Shown here: positions 47,537 through 56,839 of the stretch, one piece after another
How the letters are laid out: every line of letters begins with the position of its first letter
How positions within the stretch are numbered: position 1 is the stretch's first letter
From: a virus
Length of the DNA: 64,000 bases
Virus record (IMG/VR): IMGVR_UViG_3300000095_000001
Reading direction: 5' to 3' (one strand)
Translations under genes and position numbers: made by a program
The notes under the pieces: generated by a model
What the model was told of the DNA's origin: nothing
Databases searched by the model: none
The model's input: the letters and a program-made list of their open reading frames with translations, nothing else

Positions 47537-48145
47537 TTATCCATACCATAAAGGAATCTCACCGTCTAAAGCAATAGAACGATTCCAATGTCTGTCATCT
47601 CCAAAATTAACATCAATATTGTTCTTATTATTTTTATAACTACCTAAGACAGTAAAGTTTTGAGTAGCAGAAGTTCTTTTATATCCTAGCTCAGGGGTAT
47701 TTGGAAGGATTAGTCTAGAAGCATTTTGCATTGCGTTATCTTCTGGAGCAGATACACCTGGAATATAGATGTTAGTGCCAATAAAGTAACTCTTAAGTAA
47801 CTCCTTAGCTTTTTGGTAGATAGTAGAACCTAATCCTCCATCACCTCCTAGACTAGCTATCATTCCTTGGTCATATAAGGACATCATTAAGTCATTAATA
47901 ACAAACCCTACTACTATTGGTTCTATTAGTGGAATATCTAAAGGATGTATTGGTAGAACGTACAACATCCTAAAGTAAGTATCTATAAGTGTCTCATTAG
48001 CTAAGATTAGTTCATGTACTAACTCTACATCTAAATTAGAAGATATAACTGACACATTATCTGAAGGTATTAGTGCCTCAGTAAATATATTAGCTCGTCT
48101 ACCTAACCTTCTTTGAATTTTTTCTACTGTGCAATATTTATACAT
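47537..48145 (-). CDS. Head-tail connector (Mu gp36 / DUF1320-like)
   Basis: Y.T...I..R.G, I...E..ID.Y....Y.LP, Y..A...L pattern. Confidence 0.7.
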   Translation of the reverse strand: MYKYCTVEKIQRRLGRRANIFTEALIPSDNVSVISSNLDVELVHELILANETLIDTYFRMLYVLPIHPLDIPLIEPIVVGFVINDLMMSLYDQGMIASLGGDGGLGSTIYQKAKELLKSYFIGTNIYIPGVSAPEDNAMQNASRLILPNTPELGYKRTSATQNFTVLGSYKNNKNNIDVNFGDDRHWNRSIALDGEIPLWYG

Positions 48146-48663
48146 TACTTAAACACTCTTCCTAAACTAATAGCAGTATGCAACCACCTTCTACCTTCTT
48201 GAGCTACTTGAACTCCAGTCTTTACTCTATCTCTATCTTCTTTATGAGCTAATAGACCTGATTTCTTTGGTTTGAGTTTACGTTTGTACCTCTTTCTACC
48301 TTCTGCATTGGTCTTGCCAAACTCAGTAATAGTATAAGCAGAACTAAACTTACGGTACTTATTTCTTTTTTTACCTTTATCTTTTCTCATCTTACGGTGC
48401 AAAGCTACTCCACTTCCAACAACTAAAGCTGTAGCACCTACTATTCCTGCTGCTTTTAGAACTAATCCACTTCCTTTAGGTTTAAGTAGTTTACTAGGAG
48501 GTATTACTTTACTAACACCTGTTGATTTGTTTGAAGAAAAAGGAATTTCTGGTATTCCTAGTTCTCGATTTCTTTTATTTACTATTCCTAACTGACGGTC
48601 ATCTAACTCAATATTCCAAGCAAAATCTGCATCTTGTATTTGACCCATAAAAGTAATTTTCAT
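48145..48663 (-). CDS. Basic glycine-zipper protein (putative internal head protein)
   Basis: DADF/A leader, G/A helix, RKDKGKKR, second TEF/G unit. Confidence 0.6.
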   Translation of the reverse strand: MKITFMGQIQDADFAWNIELDDRQLGIVNKRNRELGIPEIPFSSNKSTGVSKVIPPSKLLKPKGSGLVLKAAGIVGATALVVGSGVALHRKMRKDKGKKRNKYRKFSSAYTITEFGKTNAEGRKRYKRKLKPKKSGLLAHKEDRDRVKTGVQVAQEGRRWLHTAISLGRVFK

Positions 48664-48664
48664 A

Positions 48665-50224
48665 TTAGTCTTTTTTTCCTTCTATCTGTTTAAGCTCTTT
48701 ATTGTATTGAATAAGATAGGGTTTAGCTATGTTATGGTAAAGAGCAGGGAACAATATTCCGAATATCACGTAACTAATCACAAGTAATCCTACTAAGTTT
48801 TTGAAGTTAATATTTTTACCGAGACTCAAAATATTGATATTTAATAAGTCGCTTAGTTCCGTAGATAGTTTAGACTGACTTTCTTTTACTTTATTAACAT
48901 CTTCTCTAAGGTCTTTAACTTCATATTTGAGATTAGCTACTTCACTGAGAAGGTTGTTGCCGTTATTGTGAAAAATAGTATCGTTAAGTCGTTTCAGTTC
49001 TTCTTCTATCTTTCTAATAATTATCTCGGCTTTAATTAACCCCTCAGAGCTAGAAGTAAGAGGAGTATCTACAAGTTTTCTGAACACGTCATTATTAAAG
49101 TTAGTGTTAGTAGAGTAGAGAGTCTTTAACAGTAAGTCTGACCTTTCCTCCATTTCTATCAGTTTAGTAGCTAATAACGCTTCTTCACTTCTATCAATAA
49201 TTGAAGATAAAACTCTTAAATCTCCGTCTCTAATAGCAAGTTTGTTAGACCATTTAGTATCTAGATGATTACCATCTTTTTTGCAGATTTTATAATTGCT
49301 AACTACTAACTCTACTTCATGGTTAAGTAACCTCTTAAGCTGTCCTTGCATTGCAATAGCATCTTCAGAATTAAGAAGACTTATATCTCTAATATTTTTA
49401 CCAATAATAGAGTTGTCCCACCCTAATAGCTCTCTAGCCTGTTGATTCCAGCGAGAGATATTAAAGTTTCTATCCCATTCAATTTTTATAAGTAAGCTAG
49501 TATTAAAATTCTCTTCATCTAATAGAGCTAATTCAGCTAACCTACTAGACATTAACTCATCTTTAGTAATATCTCTTAAGTAGCTAATAGTTACGACAAC
49601 ATTTTCTCTTAAGATTCTACAAGTATGGTCTAAGACAGTTATATCTTTACCGGATTTACTTACTAATCTATATTTTTGGTAGAAAGATGCGGTTCCCTTA
49701 TCTAAATAAGTAAGCAGTTCAGATTTAAAAGAACTAACATCATCTGAGTGAATTAAAGATATATAGGGTTTAGCTAGTATTTCTTGCTTTGTATATTCGA
49801 GAAGTCCAGCTAAATTATCAGAGATATCTTCAGGAACACTTTCTTTTGAACTAACCCACTGAATAAGAAATAAATAGTTTTCTTTAAATAAAGTGTTTTC
49901 TAATAAACTATCCGACTTTTGACTTCCAACTAAAATAATAAAATTGAGATATTTATAACCAAATAGAGTTAGAGATATCTCTTTTTCACTTCTCGGGTCT
50001 TTAACAGTAAAATCTTCAATATGTTCACCAGTTTCAAAAGTTCTATCTAAGAACTTATAAACCGATTCAGCATACATTGGCCCCTGAACGTTAATAAAGC
50101 TACTAATAGGTTTATCCAATCTATCAGTACGGTAGCTAGGGAGATAATACGTAATACTATCACTTATATATCGGTAATAATATTCATCCTCAATTTTTTC
50201 AAACAGTACACTAAATACAACCAT
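48665..50224 (-). CDS. Triple PAS-domain protein with coiled coil and C-terminal transmembrane helix
   Basis: PAS2 aa 118-220 (LIHSDD, YRL..K.G, LRDIT); PAS3 aa 240-346 (EWD, RWN..A..LLGW, IIGK, KKDG, W.N); degenerate PAS1 aa 1-100; TM aa 477-496. Confidence 0.8.
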   Translation of the reverse strand: MVVFSVLFEKIEDEYYYRYISDSITYYLPSYRTDRLDKPISSFINVQGPMYAESVYKFLDRTFETGEHIEDFTVKDPRSEKEISLTLFGYKYLNFIILVGSQKSDSLLENTLFKENYLFLIQWVSSKESVPEDISDNLAGLLEYTKQEILAKPYISLIHSDDVSSFKSELLTYLDKGTASFYQKYRLVSKSGKDITVLDHTCRILRENVVVTISYLRDITKDELMSSRLAELALLDEENFNTSLLIKIEWDRNFNISRWNQQARELLGWDNSIIGKNIRDISLLNSEDAIAMQGQLKRLLNHEVELVVSNYKICKKDGNHLDTKWSNKLAIRDGDLRVLSSIIDRSEEALLATKLIEMEERSDLLLKTLYSTNTNFNNDVFRKLVDTPLTSSSEGLIKAEIIIRKIEEELKRLNDTIFHNNGNNLLSEVANLKYEVKDLREDVNKVKESQSKLSTELSDLLNINILSLGKNINFKNLVGLLVISYVIFGILFPALYHNIAKPYLIQYNKELKQIEGKKD

Positions 50225-50272
50225 TTCATTTTTTATACTTTGTTGTTAGGAATTGCGTCTTAGCAATGCTTT

Positions 50273-50521
50273 CTAGCGAATACCTGTACCTACTAAACCT
50301 ACTGGCACTCCTCTTTCTGCACTTTCTCTAATATCGTCGTTAACTCTTGCTCGGCTGCCACTTACTCCTAAGAAACCAAATGTTCCTACAAGTAAAGCAG
50401 TAAAATCATCCTTACTCATTTGACCATCATAAATATAGTTAACAAGTGGCTGATAAACTACTGATAAATATAGAAGTAAAGAAAATAGAAATGTCTTTGT
50501 TAAATAAAGTGAGCGTCTCAT
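50273..50521 (-). CDS. Holin-like two-helix membrane protein
   Basis: Two hydrophobic segments, charged tail, directly after the putative endolysin; start moved to MRRSL. Confidence 0.55.
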   Translation of the reverse strand: MRRSLYLTKTFLFSLLLYLSVVYQPLVNYIYDGQMSKDDFTALLVGTFGFLGVSGSRARVNDDIRESAERGVPVGLVGTGIR

Positions 50522-50543
50522 AATAGTCTTTTTTATAAGTTTT

Positions 50544-51305
50544 TTATTTAGGTAAATGTAACCAATAATTTCCATCTCCTTCTACCGCCCCAACTTGAGC
50601 AATTAGAGAGTAAGAATACAAAGTCTCTTTTCCTGCTGTTGGAGTATGAATGTAACCGTTATGAGTAAACTCACCGTAAGGATCGTTAACTACAAATGCA
50701 CCTCTACCATCATAAGCAGAATCATCATATCCAACTACTAATACAATGTGACTAGCTTCAGTTAAATAAGTACCTAAAATTACAGGAGCTTTAGTTACCG
50801 TATCTTTTAATTCTTGAGCAGTCCCAGAAGTTGTAAAATAATAGTTAACTCCATAAACTTTAAGAATAGCTACTATATCTTGACCAGAAAACCTATCATA
50901 ACCCAAGTCAAGACACTTATTATAAAGTTGGTCAGGAGTTACTTTAACCTTATAAAAAGAAAGCAACATAGCAACACAAGTCAAGAAGCAAGAAGTATAA
51001 GGATGGTAGTGATTATCTATTTGGTAGTAATAATCAGTTTTCAATACATTCTTAGTAGATTTCTTTTTCTTATCTTCTATTACTTCAACGTGTTCCTTAT
51101 AAATAAACCAAGTTCTAATACCTACTGGGCTGTCAGGAAAATTAATAGATAGTTTAACCTCGTAGTGAGCATCTTTCTCTTTTAAAATCTCAACTTCTAT
51201 TTCTTTACCAGTATCTAACCAGTAGAGATATTTAGGTTGCAATTCAATAAAAGGAATAGGACGGCTTTTTAACGGAGTTCTATTGATAATTTTTAGTTTA
51301 GTCAT
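50544..51305 (-). CDS. Peptidase C39-like protein with N-terminal SH3-like domain (probable endolysin)
   Basis: YYYQ.DN, SCFLTCVAMLL, HIVLVVGYD, VNDPYG; N-terminal TPLK...WFIYKEHVE. Confidence 0.75.
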   Translation of the reverse strand: MTKLKIINRTPLKSRPIPFIELQPKYLYWLDTGKEIEVEILKEKDAHYEVKLSINFPDSPVGIRTWFIYKEHVEVIEDKKKKSTKNVLKTDYYYQIDNHYHPYTSCFLTCVAMLLSFYKVKVTPDQLYNKCLDLGYDRFSGQDIVAILKVYGVNYYFTTSGTAQELKDTVTKAPVILGTYLTEASHIVLVVGYDDSAYDGRGAFVVNDPYGEFTHNGYIHTPTAGKETLYSYSLIAQVGAVEGDGNYWLHLPK

Positions 51306-51310
51306 ATTTT

Positions 51311-51737
51311 TTATTTGTCTTTTTTATTTTTTAATTTATTTACTAACAATGTTCCGCCTAAGCCTACCCAGCTCCAATAACCCGCCGTCACCGCCACTTC
51401 CGCCGCGCATTTTAGCTTTATTAAAAACTTTTACTAGCTTGCTATCTAATTTAGGAGTGGAAGATGCGCTCTTAGGGTTACGAATACTATCAATAACTAG
51501 CTTTCCCATAGAATGACTAACAATTTTATCAGTTAAATTGAATTTATAACCATTTTTAAGACCCGTTTTTTTAAACTTATTAGCTATTAAGCCCGTTTGA
51601 GCCAATTCACTGCCTATTCCAGCTCCTACAGTTCCTAAACCAGCAGTAGCTAATAGTCCCCGACTTTTACGTTTCTTTTTATCTTTTCCTCGTGCGTAAA
51701 AAGAATCAGTAGAGCCAACAAATTTAATTTTTCTCAT
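51311..51737 (-). CDS. Basic glycine-zipper protein; C-terminal frame ambiguous
   Basis: RGKDKKKRK plus G/A helix; track frame stops at 51336, the +1 frame ends GLGGTLLVNKLKNKKDK* at 51311. Confidence 0.55.
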
Positions 51738-52135
51738 ATTAATGTAGCTTTACTTGTGAAATACCCTTCATCCAACGTAACTTCTGCTGTATCCGGAAAA
51801 GTAGCTTTAGTCACATAATAAATAGACGAGTCTAGTTTTGGGTCTAGTTTTGACTGAATAGTCTCCTTTTCTACTAAACCTTTAGAGATTATCTTGTTAG
51901 GTTCAGTAACTATTGGAGATAAGCCGCTATAAGTACCGTAATTCCCAACACTAAAATTAGTAGTAGAAGTATTTGTAAAAACAGTAAAGTTAACGGATAC
52001 TCCAACTCCCAATAAAGAAGGGTTATCTGTAGATTCTAAAGTGACTCCTAAAGGTAAATCGTCCGACCTTGGGACAATAGAACCTGAAAGAGGATTATCT
52101 TTCCATTCTCGATAAGTAGAGACTTTAATGCTCAT
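51734..52135 (-). CDS. Ig/BppU-like structural protein
   Basis: Beta-rich, YYV......G.F ending as in its neighbour. Confidence 0.45.
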   Translation of the reverse strand: MSIKVSTYREWKDNPLSGSIVPRSDDLPLGVTLESTDNPSLLGVGVSVNFTVFTNTSTTNFSVGNYGTYSGLSPIVTEPNKIISKGLVEKETIQSKLDPKLDSSIYYVTKATFPDTAEVTLDEGYFTSKATLI

Positions 52136-52557
52136 GTTAGGTAAAAATTTCCTGTATCTGTATATTTAGATATATTAGTAGTAGTTTTGACTGAGATGTC
52201 TAATTCATAAACAATACTGTGAACTCTTTCAGAAAAATCTAAATCTCCAGAGCGATAAAAAGTAGCAATATCTGAACCGTTAATATATAAGATTGCTTGA
52301 ATATCTGACTCTCTAATTAAAGGGAAGATAAAACTATTATTATCATATTGCTTAAGAACAAATCCCGTAAGTTGGTGAATTAGTTTAAAGGTCAAACCTA
52401 TATTATTTATTTTAAAAGGTTCACTAGCATTAATATTTATTACTATCGGAATTGTGTCTTTAATCGAGTGACTTGAGTTTTTAAAGTAGATATAAGGTTT
52501 TTCTACTGTAGAGTCTCTAACTACTTGAAGAGTTGTAACTTTAGATTTGATTAGCAT
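52132..52557 (-). CDS. BppU-N-like structural protein
   Basis: DTIPI.I.I...F, YELDI...YT.TGNF. Confidence 0.5.
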   Translation of the reverse strand: MLIKSKVTTLQVVRDSTVEKPYIYFKNSSHSIKDTIPIVININASEPFKINNIGLTFKLIHQLTGFVLKQYDNNSFIFPLIRESDIQAILYINGSDIATFYRSGDLDFSERVHSIVYELDISVKTTTNISKYTDTGNFYLT

Positions 52558-52562
52558 AACTA

Positions 52563-52601
52563 ATAAAAATAAAAGTATAGTCCTTCTACCAAACTATACT
52601 T
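52563..52601 (-). terminator. Intrinsic terminator ending the capsid operon
   Basis: 9-bp inverted repeat AAGTATAGT (52573-81) / ACTATACTT (52593-601), then a T-rich run on the - strand. Confidence 0.65.
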
Positions 52602-52631
52602 AATTAATAACTAAATTTAGTAGAAGTAGTA

Positions 52632-53084
52632 TTACTCTTCAGTTGACCCGTATTTAAAGTGAAAGTCTGCCCAAGTCTTACCAAGAGGAGGTTTAACTCT
52701 AGTATTTAAATCTGCCATACTCTCATAAGGTCTGCTAGCAATAATTAAAGTTGCTGTCTTCTCTGCAATTCCTTTAATATTTTTAATATCTTCCAAAGAA
52801 GCAGTATTAATGTCTAACCTAGAAATAATAGTAGGAGTAGGCTCTACAAAATTAGAAACTAAAGGAGTTGGATTATCTTGAGTAGGATTTAGATGTCTGA
52901 CTTCTTGTTCAGGATTAACAGATTTAGACACTGCAACATGAGTTTCTACATCTATTACTGTTACCAAAGTAGGGTCTTTAACTACTTTTGCAGGTAAATC
53001 TCCCTCATCATAAGGAGTGGTTCTAGCCCAATGAAGGTTGCCACTAGGGTCTCGAACTGTTTTATGTAAAATATATTTTTTCAT
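52632..53084 (-). CDS. Helix-hairpin-helix (ComEA-like) protein
   Basis: LDINTASLEDIKNIKGIAEKTATLII..RPY.S..DL. Confidence 0.75.
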   Translation of the reverse strand: MKKYILHKTVRDPSGNLHWARTTPYDEGDLPAKVVKDPTLVTVIDVETHVAVSKSVNPEQEVRHLNPTQDNPTPLVSNFVEPTPTIISRLDINTASLEDIKNIKGIAEKTATLIIASRPYESMADLNTRVKPPLGKTWADFHFKYGSTEE

Positions 53085-53086
53085 AG

Positions 53087-54259
53087 TTAGTTCATTGTCT
53101 GAGCCATTAACAGTTTAGGATTCATAACGATAGGAATAAAACTAGCAATAGTAGTTACAACATCGTTTTCTGGGTCAGTATTTTCGCTACGTATCTTTAA
53201 ATAGATACCTGCTTTAGGATTAGGAACATCTTTACTTGTACCTCCACCCATAATATTAGTCTTAGACTCCATAGTTGGCCCAATAGCAGAGATACCCATG
53301 TTCTCCTTCATAAAGACAATCCGGTTATCGTTAAGATAATTAACAGTAACCATTTCACCATTGGGAAGTTCTTCTTGATATTTCTCACCAAAAATAGTAA
53401 CTTTAGGTAGCTCACGACGTTCTAATAGTGTCTTAGCCATATCAGTAGAAACAAGACCAATTTCAGAAGTAGTCATTGCTCTAGCAGCATCTTTTGTACT
53501 TTTCTGGTCTAAGAAATGATTCCATAGTTTACGGCTCATTACAATCTCATCTGGCATAAAACCATTTGTATCGTAATATAAGTCTACTAATGTCTGAATG
53601 TTGCGAAGACCTTGAGCATTGTTGTAGTCACTCCAGCGGTTAAGAGTAGGTTCAACAGTATTTCCAGTAGCAATGAGGGGAACAGGGAAATGGTTGTAAG
53701 GTGCGTCTGCCTTCTTATAATCAATCTCAAATTTAGCTCCAGTAGCCATATCTTCAATAGATAATGCTCCGGTACTAGCAGCTTGCCACTTCATCATATC
53801 CATCCGGTCAACCATTCCATCTAATAGATGTTGAACGTCACCAAACAAAGTAGTAGCCAAATCGTTATTAGCTCCTCGTTGAACAGTTCCATCTGGCTTG
53901 TGAATAGTTTGGATATTACGCCACATATAATTAGCTAATTTATAAGCTTCATATAAGTCCCACATATCGTGTTCGTCATATCTGCGTCTTTGAGCTAGCT
54001 TAACCAATTGAGCTGCTACTTTTTCAAAGCTACCATGAGAAGTAACTGGGATTTCAGCACCCCAAGCAACTACTCTTGCAGCAGGAGCAACTCTACTTGT
54101 CAGCATTCCCATAAAGTTCCTCGTCTCAAATGTTTGAGTAGGGAAATACTTATCTATCAGCTTATCTCGTTTTAAGAGGTGGCTTTCTGTTTCGTCAACC
54201 AAAGCGTTTAATTGCTTGTTGATAAAAGGTTCATTGAAAAATGATGCTACGTAACTCAT
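53087..54259 (-). CDS. Major capsid protein (lambda gpE-like)
   Basis: 390 aa, follows scaffold and decoration genes; R...M.WQA..TG, G..PD..VMS motifs. Confidence 0.8.
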   Translation of the reverse strand: MSYVASFFNEPFINKQLNALVDETESHLLKRDKLIDKYFPTQTFETRNFMGMLTSRVAPAARVVAWGAEIPVTSHGSFEKVAAQLVKLAQRRRYDEHDMWDLYEAYKLANYMWRNIQTIHKPDGTVQRGANNDLATTLFGDVQHLLDGMVDRMDMMKWQAASTGALSIEDMATGAKFEIDYKKADAPYNHFPVPLIATGNTVEPTLNRWSDYNNAQGLRNIQTLVDLYYDTNGFMPDEIVMSRKLWNHFLDQKSTKDAARAMTTSEIGLVSTDMAKTLLERRELPKVTIFGEKYQEELPNGEMVTVNYLNDNRIVFMKENMGISAIGPTMESKTNIMGGGTSKDVPNPKAGIYLKIRSENTDPENDVVTTIASFIPIVMNPKLLMAQTMN

Positions 54260-54284
54260 ATTTTTATCTATTTATTGTTTGTTA

Positions 54285-55118
54285 TTAAGACCACACATCG
54301 CGAGCTTCGAGGTCAGGACATTCATACATTAGGTTATTGTCGTAGTAAGGTAGATGCCTCTTGTACAAATAAGCTTTATCTACAATTCCAAGAATCTGAC
54401 CAGTAACCCCACCAGGAGTAAAATCAATTGAGTGAGGAAATACTCCTAGAACCTCATCTTGAGGAACCCCAATAGAAGAACCTACAGGTAAAGTACCTAC
54501 AACCGCACTACCTAAAACAATTTCTTCTGTTAAAGGGTCAATAGAACTTACAGTACCTATAGGAACAGTATTTGCAGCCGTAGTAGTAACAGTAGAACCT
54601 AAAGTACCTGAAGGAGTAAAAGTAATCAAAGGACGACCAGCAGGAGAATAGGCATATAAGTTAGCTCCAGCATTTACAAATTCCAAATCTTTATTAAGAG
54701 AAGGGATACGATTAAATTCTGCTGCTAAGATTGCCGCTGCTTCAGTTGCATTAGCTGCCCCAACAGGAGTAAATTTAAAAGTCTGATTGTTGTAAGTAAT
54801 CCCAGCTTCCCCTACCCCAGAGACGGTTAGCATTGCTGAAGGGTTAAGAATCTCCAATACATCTCCTTGAACAAAACAGTAAGGATTAGCTACTTTAATT
54901 CGATTAGCACTTGTAGGAGCAGTTACTCTAGCACGTGGAAGAAATCTCCATTCTCCATTCTTTTTAGAAACAAACATCCCTTCAGGTAAAGCATATTTAC
55001 CATCTTTGTTTCGACTAATGTATTTGTTATTTAACGAGACGTGATAAGGAACTCGAATACCACGTGGGTAAACAATAATTGCCTTATCCGCTGTAACTTT
55101 GCCGTATCTTGTAAACAT
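54285..55118 (-). CDS. Head decoration protein
   Basis: Between scaffold and capsid; LPEGMFVSK, A/G/T-rich inserted domain. Confidence 0.65.
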   Translation of the reverse strand: MFTRYGKVTADKAIIVYPRGIRVPYHVSLNNKYISRNKDGKYALPEGMFVSKKNGEWRFLPRARVTAPTSANRIKVANPYCFVQGDVLEILNPSAMLTVSGVGEAGITYNNQTFKFTPVGAANATEAAAILAAEFNRIPSLNKDLEFVNAGANLYAYSPAGRPLITFTPSGTLGSTVTTTAANTVPIGTVSSIDPLTEEIVLGSAVVGTLPVGSSIGVPQDEVLGVFPHSIDFTPGGVTGQILGIVDKAYLYKRHLPYYDNNLMYECPDLEARDVWS

Positions 55119-55137
55119 GTCTATTTCTCTCTATTAA

Positions 55138-56157
55138 TTATTTAAAACGACGAAAAGCAGGATTTTCTTTTAATTTCTCAATCTGTAATCTAGCTAATTC
55201 ATCTTCTGCACTATTAGCCGGAGTAATATCTTCAGTAACATAAGAGCTGAAATTAACTCTTTCACCACACTCTTCATCTGCTTTGAGAGAGAAAAGAACT
55301 GCATAAAGTTGAGTTGCTAAATCTACTTTGTTTGCGTTAGCTGTTTGAGAAAATGCTGCTACTCTATCTTCATCTTTATCAAAGGAACCTAAAAGCAAAT
55401 CGTATTTAGCACGAGATAACCAACGTTCCTCAAGTCCTTGTTTAGCAAATTCTGCAATAGAGCTAAGCTTTTGTTTGAGGGCATTTGTACGTTCAATGTC
55501 TGCCATCTTAAACTCTAACTCTTGAACTCGTGGGTCAACTGCTGAGTAATTAGCTTCGGGTTCATCTTCTTCATCCAAATCTTCATCTAATTCTTCATCG
55601 TCGTCTTCCTCGTAGTCCACATCTCCTTCTTTTAGTTCTTCTTCAGTAGTATCACCACGTTCCAAAGCACCCATTAGTTGAAGACCTAAAGCAGCTTCCG
55701 GGTCAGTAGCAGTTTCTTCAAACATTCCGTTAAGAATATCGATAAACTCCGGGGAAGCTTCTAACTTACCAGCTAAGAAATCTTCTAGTTCATCTTCATC
55801 AATTTCTGTAGCATCTAGAATATCCTGAAAAGCCTCATCTCGGTCTTCGTAATGCTTATCAATTAAGTCCATTACTGCTGGAACTAAATAGAGACTTGCT
55901 GTACTAAAATTTGCGTAATTTGTTTTCATAGAATAGTTTTGTTCTTCTTCAGTATCATATTCACTAAAATCATCTAAATTGTCTTTTGTGAGTCCTCTCA
56001 ATTCAGCTAAAGCTAATTCAAGTTCAGCTAACGTCTGAGTTTTTAAATCTATTAACTCATCTTCAGAAATCTCTTCGTTTGTATAAGCTTCTTCTAAAGA
56101 GTCAATTGTCTCACTGTAAAGATTTACATATTCGATTTCTTGTTCTTTTACAGTCAT
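55138..56157 (-). CDS. Acidic capsid scaffold-like protein
   Basis: D/E rich, helical, between protease and capsid genes. Confidence 0.65.
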   Translation of the reverse strand: MTVKEQEIEYVNLYSETIDSLEEAYTNEEISEDELIDLKTQTLAELELALAELRGLTKDNLDDFSEYDTEEEQNYSMKTNYANFSTASLYLVPAVMDLIDKHYEDRDEAFQDILDATEIDEDELEDFLAGKLEASPEFIDILNGMFEETATDPEAALGLQLMGALERGDTTEEELKEGDVDYEEDDDEELDEDLDEEDEPEANYSAVDPRVQELEFKMADIERTNALKQKLSSIAEFAKQGLEERWLSRAKYDLLLGSFDKDEDRVAAFSQTANANKVDLATQLYAVLFSLKADEECGERVNFSSYVTEDITPANSAEDELARLQIEKLKENPAFRRFK

Positions 56158-56390
56158 TATTTTTTCACTTTTTTAAGTAGTCCGTAAGCAGTTCCCGCAC
56201 CTAAACCACCTACAATAGCAGCTCTTTGAATAGTAGGAGCTTTCTTGTTCTTATTTTTCTTTAACTTACCTTTAGAAAGAATAGGAACTTTAGCATCTGA
56301 CTCTCCTGCTATGTAACTAGCTCCATAACCTAAAGTAGCTCCAGAACTAGCACCTCTTGCTGCATTTAATAATCGCGGTTTAATTGCCAT
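56157..56390 (-). CDS. Small basic glycine-zipper protein
   Basis: Two G/A helices with K-rich linkers. Confidence 0.6.
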   Translation of the reverse strand: MAIKPRLLNAARGASSGATLGYGASYIAGESDAKVPILSKGKLKKNKNKKAPTIQRAAIVGGLGAGTAYGLLKKVKK

Positions 56391-56415
56391 AAGAACCTAC
56401 TCTCTCTTTAGTAAA

Positions 56416-56832
56416 TTACTTTTTAGACTTCAGTTTACGATAGGCACCGTAACCAACAGCTCCTAATGCACCAGCGGCAGCTAAACCAAGACCTACTTTA
56501 TTCTTCATAGCAAACCTTCCAGCTTTCTTGAGAGCTACACCTGTTTTAGTAGCTTTCTTCTTTACTATTGCAGTTTTTTGGTCAGCAGGTAAAGCACCCA
56601 TTCCGGCTCTACCAGACTTAATTCTGTTGCTTAAAGTATTAGCACCAATCGCCCGTTCCCCTACTGCACCATAACTTTTAGTACCTGTAGAATTTCCTGT
56701 GGGAGTTGTTGCTCCTGTAAAAGGATTAGCTCTCATTTCAGGAGTTCTAGTGCCTTTTGTTTTAGTACGTTTTACTGCAAAATCTGCGTAATTCAATCCG
56801 TTGTTACCGTAATTAGAGTTTAGAAATTTCAT
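56416..56832 (-). CDS. Basic glycine-zipper protein (putative internal head protein)
   Basis: YADF/A leader, C-terminal VGLGLAAAGALGAVGYGAY plus K tail. Confidence 0.65.
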   Translation of the reverse strand: MKFLNSNYGNNGLNYADFAVKRTKTKGTRTPEMRANPFTGATTPTGNSTGTKSYGAVGERAIGANTLSNRIKSGRAGMGALPADQKTAIVKKKATKTGVALKKAGRFAMKNKVGLGLAAAGALGAVGYGAYRKLKSKK

Positions 56833-56839
56833 ATTTTTA

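Noticed and set aside
48665-50224. LOV photoreceptor or histidine kinase
   Set aside because: No GRNCRFL motif and no H-box or ATPase domain; the ligand is unknown
51351-51410. Diversity-generating retroelement as the cause of the G-rich patch
   Set aside because: No reverse transcriptase and no template repeat seen in the window, and DGR changes are A to any base rather than only G
52632-53084. Photosystem II PsbU
   Set aside because: Shares only the HhH-like fold pattern; no thylakoid signal peptide, and context is the capsid operon
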